This document shows positions 46,257 through 58,400 of a stretch of DNA of 64,000 bases, piece after piece. The position numbers were made by a program, and so were the translations under genes. Position 1 is the stretch's first letter; every line of letters begins with the position of its first letter. Source of the DNA: a virus (Duplodnaviria > Caudoviricetes); the IMG/VR virus record IMGVR_UViG_3300001580_000006, positions 1 to 64,000 of that record; one strand, 5' to 3'. The notes under the pieces are model-generated. The model saw nothing but the letters and a program-made list of their open reading frames with translations. It was not told where the DNA came from and made no database searches.

Positions 46257-49200
46257 ATATAGTCAACGAAATCGTACATATCATAAGGACGACAAGAAGC
46301 TTTACCATATAGGCTTCTCTGCTGCTGGGCTTGGCCTAACAGCCTTTAGTGCGTGGTCTGGCTATAAGTACTTTATGCAGAAGTACGCAACCTCTTCCAT
46401 TGGCGTGGCTGGCTTTATTAACCATATGCGCAGCAACGTTACCAACATGGTGAGGCAGACTGTTGCTCCAAGCGGAGCTAAGGTTAGCAAAATAAGGTCC
46501 CCTTATATGATGGCTACTAGAGCGCTGCACCCAGAAATCAATAAATTGCATGATGTCGCCGTCGCCGTCCGCAGTAGAGTAGTGGTGGAGTCTTCTGAAA
46601 AACAACTAAGCAACTACTACTCACAGATTGCTAAGATAGTTAAGAAATACAACCTCAACATGACACTAGATGAAATTCGTACTGTCGTTGAGGAGTCGGC
46701 TGCTAATACACAACGCAACGCTTATAATTATATAAATGTTGGTTGGGAAAGCGTTTCTGTTGCTGATTCAAAGAAGAACGCAGCCAAGAGATTTCTACGA
46801 ACAATCGAAGAGTCAATCGAGGCCCCAAAGGCTAAGTTTAGAATGAATAGATATCGCCTATCTAATTATGATGAAGCAGTTAGAACTGGCGAACCACTAC
46901 AACGTAGTGTAGAATTTAAAAAGCATTGGTGGAGGCAATATAAGGATGAACTCAGCACCACTATACTAGCTGGTAGGCAGTCAATTACCGCCACCTCTAT
47001 TGGCAGAACTGCTGGACTTATATATGACAAGGAGGGCGATAAAGCCATAGGTTCTCTGGCAGAACCATTCCGTGCATCTATTGAGCAAGCCTTGGGGCTA
47101 GCTAAACGCACATCACTTACTGGGCAGTCAGGCACAGAGTTTATAAAGCAATATACTAGTGAGCTAGAGGCTAGGCAGTATGCGTTACGAGGAGTTGTTG
47201 GGTCGAGCATAGAAACTGGCACCAAAGATGGATATAACCTGCAGTCTATTATTAATCGAATGAAATCCAATCTAAATAGTCTGAAGAACTATAGACCAGA
47301 TGGCGTGCCAGTAATTGGCGATTATAACATAGAGGCCGTAGAGATGAAGGATGGCTATCGCTATCTAAAACTTACTATTGACGATAGCCCATATTATTTT
47401 GGCCTAACCAAGAAGAGAGGGTTTGACTTCAAGCGTTCTCCTTTTGCTATGGAGACCGACTTATCGCGTCTTACGTATGGCGCTAAAATGGGTACAACTG
47501 CCTCAGAACTAGAAATACTTAGAGACGTGACTGAGAGATTGAATTCACTTCCAGGCCAAATATTAGGTGAACGAAATAGACTATCTGAGAAGACGGGTCT
47601 TGATAAAGTATTTGACAAGTCCAACCTGCGGCTAAAAGTAAAAGATATATTAAACAGAACGCTGAAGTTTGATAGACATGAGACAGGAAGGGAAGCTACA
47701 AACTTCCAGTTTAATACCCGTGCTATGTCTAGAGCAAACGTTGCCCAAGATTGGTTTGGGCGGGTTATGACCGCACACAGCAACAACCCATCTAGGCTTA
47801 CTGAATCTCTAAAAACTATAATGGAGCTAGCTTCAGATAAGTCTAAGGTGGCTACAATAGATATCGAGACCGACATAAGCTCAAAAGGTAAGCCCATAAC
47901 CAAACTTGCTGTATACAAAGAGGGTGCAGCGCCGCTGGTTCTATACACCGAAGCGTTTGGAAAGCAAAGTGCTGAAGCCTATATGCTAACCCAGGGAGGC
48001 ATGGAAATAAAGAACGCCGGCACTAGAGCAGTATTACAGGTAAGAGACGCCCACTATATGGCTCTTGAGAAAGCAGGAGTTGTTAGCAAAAGCACCACGG
48101 CTATGGCACAACAGGTGCAGGATTATCTAAAAGGTGTTTCGACAGTTACATACCATGGTGGTAAAATCGGCGACATCACCCAGTTGGCGGCTGCAGGAAT
48201 TAACTTACAAGGCAAGTATAAGACAGTTGATAGCTACAAGCTAGCAAAATCGTTTGATTTGGGAAGCAAGTCTCTACAGGCTTTGATGGATCTGCACGTT
48301 ACAGAACAAGAATTTGCAGAGATACAACTACAAGCTGAAAATGGGATAATGAAGCATCTTCCAGGAGAAGTACGTGGAAAAGTGCAAGCACACCTCCACC
48401 AACCTGAAATAGATGCCATGGTTACTCATAAATATATGTTTGGCCGTAAGGGCGTAGTTAACCAAGTATTAACGGAGCTTCTTGGTAGCTCAACATACAC
48501 AAATGCCCAAATTGGGGAACTTAGAGCCGTACTTGGCGAGGGGTTTGCCACTACTGAGCTGCTGGCCAAGATTAGACAAAGGGTTGGAGCAAAGATGGCG
48601 TCGCTGTCATACTTAAGCTCTACCGGTAAGAAACAGAAGGCGCAGACTATACTTAATTTAAGATCACCTATGACTGCGCCACAGGTAACTGCACAGTTTT
48701 TTAAAGACCACCATCCGATAATAGTTAATGAAAAGCTTGCTGGAAGGATGAGAATAACCGGACTATCCTCCGCCTTTTCTATACTTGAGGATGGGTCTAT
48801 TAATGAGTCTCAGGCTAGTCGTCTATATGAAAGACTAGCAAAACCAGGCATGAGCCAGATGTTCACCGGTGATGCAATTAAGTCAGACGTTATGACTATC
48901 ATAGGCCACCCCGGAATGCAGTTAGGCGGTGCTGTTGTTTCTAAGACTGCTGCTAAATCATTGATGCCTGTAGTAGAGCACACTGTAGATTTGGAGCCAG
49001 GCGACTCGCTATCAGGATTTGTTATAGATTATCAAAAGCTAATTAACAAGCCATCACGCACACAAGCCGACGAATTGCGCTTGTCAGATCTTGGTAGAGA
49101 GTTAAAGCGTGGATTTGCTAAGCGCGCCAATATATCAGACGAGGACCTGGTGGCCAACTTTGACAACATCACTTTCGATATTGGAACCAAAGAAGGAGGG

Positions 49201-52194
49201 CTACCGAGGGTATCGCTGCAGACACCGGTTGGTATAGAGGGCAGCTCCATAATTATGCAGCGCGGTAAGTTTACATTATCCCCGGCCAACAAACAGTTTG
49301 ATGCACTTTTCAGATACTCACGGCGCAAATATGGCCACGAGGCAGCACTGGCCGTTGGCGGAGAATTCGGCCGTACAAACTCCATGCAGCTATTTATTGA
49401 GGGAACTGCAATGAACGCAGTTGCCTCTGGTAGAGACTCTACGAGCAGACAGGTCAGGGACAAAACTGCAGCAACTATGAGGTTACTTCGTAAGGTAGAA
49501 AGAAACCCAGATGACCTCGATTCCTACCAGAAACTTCTTCAAACTACTAAGGATCTACGTAAAGAACTAGGCCTGAGATATACTGCTACTAATAATCTAG
49601 GATCGGCGGAAGAGAAGCAGATGCTAAGACAGCACTTCCAGTTACCTGAATCTGATGCTCGTTGGGACAAGATTGTTGATACCTTGGTAAACGATAAGGC
49701 TGGTGAAGGTGTTATTCTAGAGCGTTTTGCGCAGAAGGGTTCGAAGCCGCTATACTACGCGTTGCAGTCGGAGTTATGGAAAACAAAGAGTCCACCGTGG
49801 TTTCAACTTTATGCTAACGAAGGAAACGTTAGGGCTGGTATTAAAATCACCAATGACATGTTGGTTGGTTTGCAAAATACGCACATGGTATCATACTTGA
49901 AAAGCCAGCTGGGGCAGACTAGAGAGTATCGTGAGATAGCCAACCTTAACGACGTTATGCGCAAGATGGGCGTAAGCGCCCGCGGCAACAGTGGCGGAAT
50001 GATGGCTCAACTCAGCACTGCGGCAGAAATGCCAGAGAATGCTGGCTTCTTCCAAGATGTCACTGATAGAATAAATGGTATGATACATCAGGTTAGGGAG
50101 GGCGGTGCCAGGGGCTCTGACATTATTAAAGCACGAAATGAATTGCTCGACGAAATACTGAAGGCCGGCAAGGTTCCAATATATACTGCACCAGGAATTA
50201 AGGTTCCAGTAGTGGTTAGCAATTTGGTAAACCCTGATCCTGTTGGCAACGTCCACCTTGGCGAAGGAGCCAGGACCTTATATAGTGCTATGAGCGAGGC
50301 TATTACTAGCCACAACGGTAGAGTTATTGACTGGGCCGAGAACGCGTCTATGGTACTTCCAAGGGCTCTTAATGAATACGGAGACTGGCTAAAAGATGTA
50401 ATTAAATCCGGTCGTCAGCTTGAGGGATCATACATGCCCGGCTTTGCTGCAAAGCCTATGGCTGATGTAAACTTCTATGATAAGGTAAAGACCGGTCAGT
50501 CGCCATTCACTATTGGTGTTGGAAAGAAAGAATGGAACACTATAGAGAAGCATTTTGGCAACCCAGCAGACCTAAAGTCTTGGCTGTTTCGTTACCCCAC
50601 CACTGGCTCCCCAAGCATTGTAAATTTCGTTCAAGCTGAGGCCGAGTCAGGCATATTTGTAAATCCTGTGCTAGAACTACTAATGAATATAGACACCGAT
50701 GATGATAAAATTTATACATCAATTTACTCTAAGAAACTCGACCAAGAAGCAATTAGTTCACTAGAAAAAGAAATAGCCGGCCTAAGTGGCGACAGCACTA
50801 GATTACCTATTGCAAAGAGGGAACTATTTAACATAAAACGACATATGGGTAGAATGGAGAAGGAGCTTAGTCGTCGCTCCATTACGCAGGCTCAGCAGTA
50901 TAATCACCTAGTCCGTACCTTTGAAAGGTCCAATGCAACCACCGCAGAGGGAATCCTTGCCGAGATGCAGGGAGCATATACGCAATTTGCAGGAAAGGAA
51001 TATAATATACTGCAGACAGTGGCGGCCTCTCGTCTGCCAGTTGTGCCACTGGTTGGTAACGAACTAGGTATGTTTGATACCGAGTCAGGCAGGCTTATAA
51101 CTAAGAGGTTCCAAGGTACCACAAATGCTGCAATATTTGGTGTGTCTAAGTCACACGCCCGGGCACTAAAAAGTATAGCCTCTAGAGCAGGGATGACGGC
51201 TAGTGAAGAGATTGTTAGGGCAGCCGCTGGCTTTGAGGACCCAGTAATAGAGGCATTGCGCACCCAAGGCTTGATTGGGCAATATACCAACGTAATGACT
51301 AATCTTACAGATTTGTACGGTTCTATGCGCAGAAACCCAGAAGCGCGTTGGGGCCTACTAACCTCCTGTAGGTTAGATGGTGAGACTATGGGTGATGCCA
51401 GCAAAAGGTTCAATACTGACATTGAGCTACTTCGTACTATGACAGATCTTCGAGAAGATGTCATAAAGCAAGTGAAGGGTAATGATCAACAGAAGTTAGG
51501 AACCTATCGTCAGATGGTTAATAAGCTGTCTAAAATAGGTACTAGTGAGAAGCTAGCTGAAGGCGGCGAGCCATGGCTCGAAGAATTGGCTGGACAGTTT
51601 GGCCCAAATGCCGAGAAAATGATTGAGGCTATGAATAGAGTCAACCGCGTGCTCTATGCTCATACTGGTGGAGCAGGAGTTAGAGATAAACTATTTGGTC
51701 GCCCTCTATACAACGAACTCGGTGAACGTATGTTTATGAAGGACTTTACAGAATTATCTGCTGGCTCCATTATGGCAAAGAAAGTCGAAGAGCAGGCGTC
51801 TAAGTCGAAACTTAAACTACCCAGAGAGGTAGCTATAGGTTTGGGTGTTCTTGGCCTAGTTAAGTTCTTCTCCCCCAATCAGATGAAGGTGTTGGGTGAA
51901 ATGCCTGGACAAGGCGGAGAGTTGTGGGACTACAGAAGCGGTAAGTCAGAACTACCATTCTTTACCCCAGTAGATGTGCCGCAATATACCTGGGAGTCTG
52001 ATGCCAGGGTATCTGGAATTGGCCTATCGGACCGTTTTAATAAGATAGCGGCATCTATTATACCAAAGATCCGTCGTGGATACGGAGATCACTCTAATGC
52101 CAGAACAGCTAGCAACGTTACTTATGACAATCGTCGACGCCTAAGTAGCCGGTTTGATTCTAAGTCGGTGTGGCAGGACGTCAATAGATTCTAA
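46249..52194 (+). CDS. putative virion single-chain two-barrel RNA polymerase with DEDDh exonuclease domain
   Basis: FRYPTT..IFVNPVLELLMNIDTDDDKI (compare beta' NRxPTLH..HPLVCxxYNADFDGDQM); beta-like motifs; DIET..YHG..GD..HQPEIDA exonuclease. Confidence 0.68.
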   Translation: MIKYSQRNRTYHKDDKKLYHIGFSAAGLGLTAFSAWSGYKYFMQKYATSSIGVAGFINHMRSNVTNMVRQTVAPSGAKVSKIRSPYMMATRALHPEINKLHDVAVAVRSRVVVESSEKQLSNYYSQIAKIVKKYNLNMTLDEIRTVVEESAANTQRNAYNYINVGWESVSVADSKKNAAKRFLRTIEESIEAPKAKFRMNRYRLSNYDEAVRTGEPLQRSVEFKKHWWRQYKDELSTTILAGRQSITATSIGRTAGLIYDKEGDKAIGSLAEPFRASIEQALGLAKRTSLTGQSGTEFIKQYTSELEARQYALRGVVGSSIETGTKDGYNLQSIINRMKSNLNSLKNYRPDGVPVIGDYNIEAVEMKDGYRYLKLTIDDSPYYFGLTKKRGFDFKRSPFAMETDLSRLTYGAKMGTTASELEILRDVTERLNSLPGQILGERNRLSEKTGLDKVFDKSNLRLKVKDILNRTLKFDRHETGREATNFQFNTRAMSRANVAQDWFGRVMTAHSNNPSRLTESLKTIMELASDKSKVATIDIETDISSKGKPITKLAVYKEGAAPLVLYTEAFGKQSAEAYMLTQGGMEIKNAGTRAVLQVRDAHYMALEKAGVVSKSTTAMAQQVQDYLKGVSTVTYHGGKIGDITQLAAAGINLQGKYKTVDSYKLAKSFDLGSKSLQALMDLHVTEQEFAEIQLQAENGIMKHLPGEVRGKVQAHLHQPEIDAMVTHKYMFGRKGVVNQVLTELLGSSTYTNAQIGELRAVLGEGFATTELLAKIRQRVGAKMASLSYLSSTGKKQKAQTILNLRSPMTAPQVTAQFFKDHHPIIVNEKLAGRMRITGLSSAFSILEDGSINESQASRLYERLAKPGMSQMFTGDAIKSDVMTIIGHPGMQLGGAVVSKTAAKSLMPVVEHTVDLEPGDSLSGFVIDYQKLINKPSRTQADELRLSDLGRELKRGFAKRANISDEDLVANFDNITFDIGTKEGGLPRVSLQTPVGIEGSSIIMQRGKFTLSPANKQFDALFRYSRRKYGHEAALAVGGEFGRTNSMQLFIEGTAMNAVASGRDSTSRQVRDKTAATMRLLRKVERNPDDLDSYQKLLQTTKDLRKELGLRYTATNNLGSAEEKQMLRQHFQLPESDARWDKIVDTLVNDKAGEGVILERFAQKGSKPLYYALQSELWKTKSPPWFQLYANEGNVRAGIKITNDMLVGLQNTHMVSYLKSQLGQTREYREIANLNDVMRKMGVSARGNSGGMMAQLSTAAEMPENAGFFQDVTDRINGMIHQVREGGARGSDIIKARNELLDEILKAGKVPIYTAPGIKVPVVVSNLVNPDPVGNVHLGEGARTLYSAMSEAITSHNGRVIDWAENASMVLPRALNEYGDWLKDVIKSGRQLEGSYMPGFAAKPMADVNFYDKVKTGQSPFTIGVGKKEWNTIEKHFGNPADLKSWLFRYPTTGSPSIVNFVQAEAESGIFVNPVLELLMNIDTDDDKIYTSIYSKKLDQEAISSLEKEIAGLSGDSTRLPIAKRELFNIKRHMGRMEKELSRRSITQAQQYNHLVRTFERSNATTAEGILAEMQGAYTQFAGKEYNILQTVAASRLPVVPLVGNELGMFDTESGRLITKRFQGTTNAAIFGVSKSHARALKSIASRAGMTASEEIVRAAAGFEDPVIEALRTQGLIGQYTNVMTNLTDLYGSMRRNPEARWGLLTSCRLDGETMGDASKRFNTDIELLRTMTDLREDVIKQVKGNDQQKLGTYRQMVNKLSKIGTSEKLAEGGEPWLEELAGQFGPNAEKMIEAMNRVNRVLYAHTGGAGVRDKLFGRPLYNELGERMFMKDFTELSAGSIMAKKVEEQASKSKLKLPREVAIGLGVLGLVKFFSPNQMKVLGEMPGQGGELWDYRSGKSELPFFTPVDVPQYTWESDARVSGIGLSDRFNKIAASIIPKIRRGYGDHSNARTASNVTYDNRRRLSSRFDSKSVWQDVNRF

Positions 52195-52195
52195 G

Positions 52196-52228
52196 TATTT
52201 TTGATTACAATCACTTATGTGGTATAAT
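52196..52228 (+). promoter_or_regulatory. promoter with extended -10, probably leaderless transcript
   Basis: TATTTTTGATT...TGTGGTATAATAAAGTATG; the 19-mer is identical to 4747-4765; ATG 52234 begins 6 nt after the -10. Confidence 0.65.
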
Positions 52229-52233
52229 AAAGT

Positions 52234-52428
52234 ATGTTGAACATCGTAATTTCTTGTGGGTATGATGGCGATGCTGGGGCTTTAGCCTCAGCGATTGCAG
52301 ACTACATTAGGTCGCAAAGTGGCCAGGACATAACTGTTCGTGTAAATACACTTGATGACCCAAACACCGTGTCCAAGATAGCTGCACTAAACGCAGCACA
52401 ACTAGTTAAACGGAGACCCAATATTTAA
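52234..52428 (+). CDS. small hypothetical protein
   Basis: 64 aa, after the promoter, TAATG-coupled to the next gene. Confidence 0.55.
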   Translation: MLNIVISCGYDGDAGALASAIADYIRSQSGQDITVRVNTLDDPNTVSKIAALNAAQLVKRRPNI

Positions 52429-55400
52429 TGGCATTTAAAGGCAAAGATAGTAGCAACGTACGCTGGGCAAGCCTACATGCAGTTCTAAAAGATAAGCTTA
52501 CTAAGCTCGAAGAACTTGTCAGCAAAGACGTCGATATGCCTCAGTTCCAAATAACTGACGGCCTTCGCACTATTCGCGAGCAGGCAGAGCTGTATGCTAA
52601 GGGCCGCACTAAGCCAGGTACTATAGTAACGTATGCGAAAACCCCACAGGCCCACGGGTTTGGTTTAGCCGTAGACGTAGTTCCACTTAAGGATGGTAAG
52701 AAGGACTACAACAACAAATCCGCTTACGATAAGTTAGCAGCCTATGCAACACAAGTTGGATTAAGATCTGGGCATAATCAGCCGTTTAAGAAGAAAGACG
52801 GATCTCTTTTTTATGACCACCCTCACATAGAGGTGTGGAACTGGAATACATATGTAGATAAAAACGCACAGCTCATCGGTGATGAGTTTGTATTTGACTC
52901 CAACGTACAGCAGAACCTTGATGTATATAGCCAGAATGGATTCTTCACAGACGCTAATTCTACCACTGTTTATGGTCTAGGTGCGTACGGCGACGCCATA
53001 ACATCGAAAGTAGATGTGTTGGTAGAAGATGATGCCTATTTCTATGAGGCTGTATCTAGCGCCAATGCTTATAAGGACGGTGCGTTTAGATTTGGCGATG
53101 TGTGGCTGTCCGTTCCACCAACAACCATAGATATAGCCAGCTTTTCAGCAAACCAAGAAATACCTGCATTTCGTACTCCTGGCAACCCAACTAAGCAGGG
53201 TGATCTTAGGGAGATGCGGTTTGATGTGCAGATGATATTTCCGCACGCCCAGACTATCAACGGCGAGCTAAGACCACTTATTGCACAGTTCTTTGCATCA
53301 CCCATTATTAGTGTTGAGAACCAGTTTGTGCAGATGGCTGCTGCTCCAGACATACAGCCAGCAGAAAGTGAAGTTAACTATGAACTAGAAAAGCAAACTA
53401 GTGCAGCTGACCTTACTGGTGCTAACTTCGCTACGGAGATCGACGCCTGGCAAAAGACGCAGGCAGATAATGCCAAGCTGTTTAGGGAAGGCAAATTTAA
53501 GGAACTAATAGATAAGTTTGACGGTGTGCCCAAATCGGAGAAGGAGCAGGTTGATCGTCTAATAGCCAAAGCCAAGAAAGACAGGAAGGTTCGATATTCT
53601 AGGTATGGGTGGGCGCTCAATGATGAACCACTTTTGTTTTGTTTCAAAGAATTACACATAAATACTGTATCAGGTTTTCCATCAGCTATTCAGGCACACG
53701 CCGTACTAAACTTGTTTAACTCACGCCCATTTTGCAAGCAAGTAGCGTGGCTAAAGGATTGGAGTGACGTCTCTGCACAGCTAACATACGGCGATCAACT
53801 TAAAAGTTGCTTACGTGAGGCTAAGGACGCAAGTACTGTAGAGCCCCCTGTAGTAAATCATGTATCTAGCCCAGAATTCTCAACTCCTTATAAAGACTAT
53901 TACTCTCATTGGCTTATAGAAGGCAAGGCTCTGCGCGAGGCTGATGGGCACACAGTGCCACCACTTAGTTCTAGCTTGAGTTCACCGCTACACCAAACCC
54001 TTGGAATGCTGTATCTAGACGAGTTTGATAATACCAACTTTGTCAATAACATTGTGATGTCTTGGCGAGGCGCGTCAAAAAGTATGCTTCAGTCAGAGCT
54101 GGAAAGAATTCGTAATACCAAAAACCGCCTTGTTAAAATTAAGGCTCAATTGTTAGATTATAGGGCAAAAGACTTTCCTGATATATCTAGTGGTTTTAGG
54201 GATGGTATAGCTGCTCTGTGGAAAACTCCAGCACTGTTAAAGCAATATTTTGATAGAGTGGTAGAAAAAACTGGTGGTCTTGTTTGGATAACAGCCGCAA
54301 CCTTAAAGGGTGATCTTGGGTTTAACAGCAAAGACGCAGAAGATAAATTCAAAAAATACTTTGTCAACACTACCGGCATAACAGCTTATGATTTGTATCA
54401 ATACGTAACTACTAAGGTTGAGGATAAAGACAAGCGCTGGCTTCTTACTAGGCTAACTGATCTCGTACTTCGAAGTAACACCACCCAGGAGCACGCCAAG
54501 ATAATAGATCAGTGTATTGAGCTTTCCAATGAAGCCGATAAACAACTCGGTGTATATAAAGATGGCGCCAGTTCTATCCACAGTATAGACCTATCAGAAT
54601 ACAGCGGCACGACCATATCTGGTATGTCAGCTAGCATAGCAAATAAATTTGCTAGAATACCGCTGTTGTCTGAGTTCATACCTACTTATCAACACATGGG
54701 TAGGTCAAACATTAGTGTTACAATGAGTCTTCAGACAGAAAATCTGGAGATAGTATCTGAGCTGCGCAGGCTAGAACTGGAGACATCTATAGCTCAGCAG
54801 ATGAGAGACCTTATTACGCCAATAGAGTTACAAAAGTTTATTCCAGGAAGTGTAGTCGCTGTTACTGGTAATGCGTTCTTTAGCATGTTAGGTGTACATA
54901 ACGTAGTGGTTGGCAATGTTCAAACCTCCACTGTTCCTAATAGACCAGGACTGTGTAACGTAACTATTGAATTTATTCAAGCAGACTATGTTCTTCACGA
55001 ACACGAGCAAATTCAACCATATAATATACTTCCAGCTAATCTTGTTGCTATCACAGCAAAAAGTATTCTTGATGCCGGTGATACAAAGGTAGTTGGCTGG
55101 CTTAATACGATTAAGAATTCTAAACCTGATTTATACAATCAGTTAGACTGGGAAGTAATGCCAGCATATAATGGGGTATTGGATCTTATTAAAGAATATG
55201 GGCAGCAGATAAATTATGATGTTGTTAATAAACTAACTACTGAGGCTACAGCCACAGCACCGCCATCCACAAAATCTAATGTATTATCTATAAGTGGCAC
55301 AACAAGCGACAATTTTTGGCAGAGTGCCGTAGAAAGAGCAGAACAGGCAACGCCACGCCCATATACTATTGGATCTGAACTTAAGAAAGTAAATACTTTA

Positions 55401-58400
55401 TCTTTTTTAAGTAGGGCCAATATAGTCTTCCTGGTGGTTATGGGGCACATTACCCTTTGGCAGACCATCAGAATTCTTTTAAGCAATAGACAGTATCGTA
55501 CTGATCTTAAGGAGATGTTACAAACATTAGTACCAAATCCTGAAAAGATAGTTAAAATATATGAAGACTCTGAAGTATACATAACCGATAGAGAGCGTGC
55601 GGCACATCAGGGGCGCTGTGCGCTACCAGATATACTACAAATACAAATACCAGGTTCACCGCCTAATAAAGAATTATATACACCAGGTGATTTATACTTC
55701 TATCGTGACTACTACATTAATAAGCAAGTAGTAGACCTAGCTGAGAGTATAATAGAGTGTGAGCATGGCCTACTGACTGAAACCTTCCACGATTTACTGA
55801 CAATTGACCTAGCCAAAACCAAGGATTTGTTGGCTGAGTACCGTGTTAAACTAGAGAGTAGCGCAGCCGATATTAAGGGCCTCGGTGCTACTAACAAACA
55901 GCTATTACTAAAACACGATCAGCTCCTAAAAATGTATAATGACCTAGAAGCAACATATAAGAAGTATGAGGATACTAGAAAACTACCACTGGGAATTAAT
56001 ATAGAAGCTATTGAGGGAAGCACCAATATATCTCCGGCCATGCTATATAAATATCAAGAGCTTCTTATAGGAATGGAGTCCTTTGGTAAAGTAGTGGAGG
56101 CTGTTGAAGCTGGTAAAGAATATAATTATGAGGTTAGTAAACCAAAGCCAGATGCTAATAGACTGAAGATGCTGGAAAAAAGATATAACTTTTTAAGTAC
56201 AAGAATCCTGGCTGGGATGAACAGCATAGACGTTTTGGATAGCACGTTTAATCCAGAGGTTGGCAGTGTTGGCGCGTCAGAGGGCTTGCGCATGATTAGC
56301 AAAACCCTAGGAGCGCTTCCACGAGATGTCGCAGAGACCGAACGGGGTATACTAAATGACGTTAAAGTAGCCATGGCCGCTGATAGCACGTTTTCACTAT
56401 CCAGGGCTTTTCCAGCTGTGAAAATATATCTTATAGAAAAAGATTCTCCTGCATGGATGCTTTTTGATGATTTTTATTCATATAATGCAGTTGTATCTAT
56501 TGATGTTCTTAAAAATGCGTACTCTGCCTCAGAGACCGCTATAATTAGGTTAAGCAACGTTACTAACAACTTGGCCAATACGACATCAAAGAACTATGAA
56601 AGACATGGGTTGCAAGATACAGCATCTGAGCAAACAGTCTTTTCTATTGACCTAAAACCTGGTGCCGATATTGCACTTAAATATGGTTATGAGGCGGACC
56701 CGTCTCAAATGCCATTTAAATTCCGTGGCACCATAGTAGAGGTGTCACCTGGCCCAATTACAGAGATTGTTGCGCAGTCTGCTGGCGCTCAGCTAAATCA
56801 AGTACCTTATCCAGTAAAGGATAAGAAGGCCGGATTGAATAGCACAACCAGATCTCTAGGTAACGTGGCCCTTAGCGTATTGGACGACATGCCAGGAAGA
56901 CTTCGTGGTCTTGGGGGCTGGGGATTAGACCAGGCCATACAAAAGAATGTGGACTCAAACAGATCAGATTCTAAGGAAGAGTGGGCCGAACTTGCACAAA
57001 AGCTGATAGGTATGCCAAGACCAATTGGAGCGTCTAGCAACGTTGGCGAGAATATATTTCTTCCTTTCGGTTTTAGTTTTATACCACTATGGCCCGCTAC
57101 TGAGTCTAAAACGTCCAAAAGAAATTCTGGTAATAATTTTGACTGGGTGTGCTCTGCTGGAAAAACTGGATGGGAACTTCTACAAGATATAGCATTATAT
57201 AATAGAGACTATATAGTTAAAGTGCCTATCTACAACGCCTGGCTAGACCCCAGATCAGTAGACTGTGATCTAAGATATACTGTTTATCTTGGGCCGCGTG
57301 ATGGTGTATATAAAAGCTCAAGCAAATCCACCGAAACCTCTGAAGCCGCCATCAGAAGGATTGTGGACTCGTTTGACACGAATTTTGCTTCTGCAAAGGA
57401 GCAGATGAAAGAACTACCAAAACTACTAAAGGTAGTTGATAAAAGGCTTTCTGCAAAGCAAGCTACAGCCTTACTAATGACTAAAGGTTTTGTACCATTA
57501 GTACACTCTGATAGCCCAGACAACACCAATATTTGGGGAATTGATTTTAGTGGCGCTGTAGACTATTTATACGATAAGCAATTTCTAGTAACGTGTTTGC
57601 ACACTTATGATAAAGATCTTGGCGCCGCCGCAACGTCTGGCGGTGTGTGGAGAGGCTGGGCACATAAGTTGATAAAAGTTTCACCTCCGAATACAATAGA
57701 GGTGTTCCCAGAAGCACTAGATAAAATAAGTGAGCAGATCAAAGAGCAACTCAAAATAGCTGCTAACGTATCAGCATCACTACTAGGCAGCCCAATTCCG
57801 CCCGAACAGAGTGGGCTGACTCACGCTGCTGGTGTGTATGAGCCAATCATAAGAAAGCACCTAGTGGACTCATACCACCACATAATATCCAACGGCCTGG
57901 TGGCCTCATCTAATAATTTCTATAATAGATTGCGTCTAATTTATCCAAATGCGGAACCTATTGGCGAAAGCAAGATGCGTGAGCTTGAGCTAGACCATGA
58001 ATTAAGCCACGACGTTAGGATAGATAAAGCGACTATAGACGCAATAAAATTATATCTTGGTACCATCAATACTGGGCTAAGAGAGGCGGTAGTGTCTATT
58101 GATGACGACATTAACCCAGATCAAATTAAAGAGCAGATATTGTGGTATGGCAATATCGATACTAATTTTTATGATAGCCCGTGGGTGCTTAGAGACAGTA
58201 GCCCATCTGGATACAACGTTCCTGAGCTGCACGAGGAGCAACTAACGCGATTGAAAGAGGACGGAGGTGTTGCTAAACCATGGTTTGTTGCAGCACAAGC
58301 TCTAGCCAAGCTTGCAGCAAGGATGTACTCTGGCTCACTGGTACTAGTTGGCAATCCAAACATAGAACCATTTGATGAGGTATACCTGACTGATGTGGCA

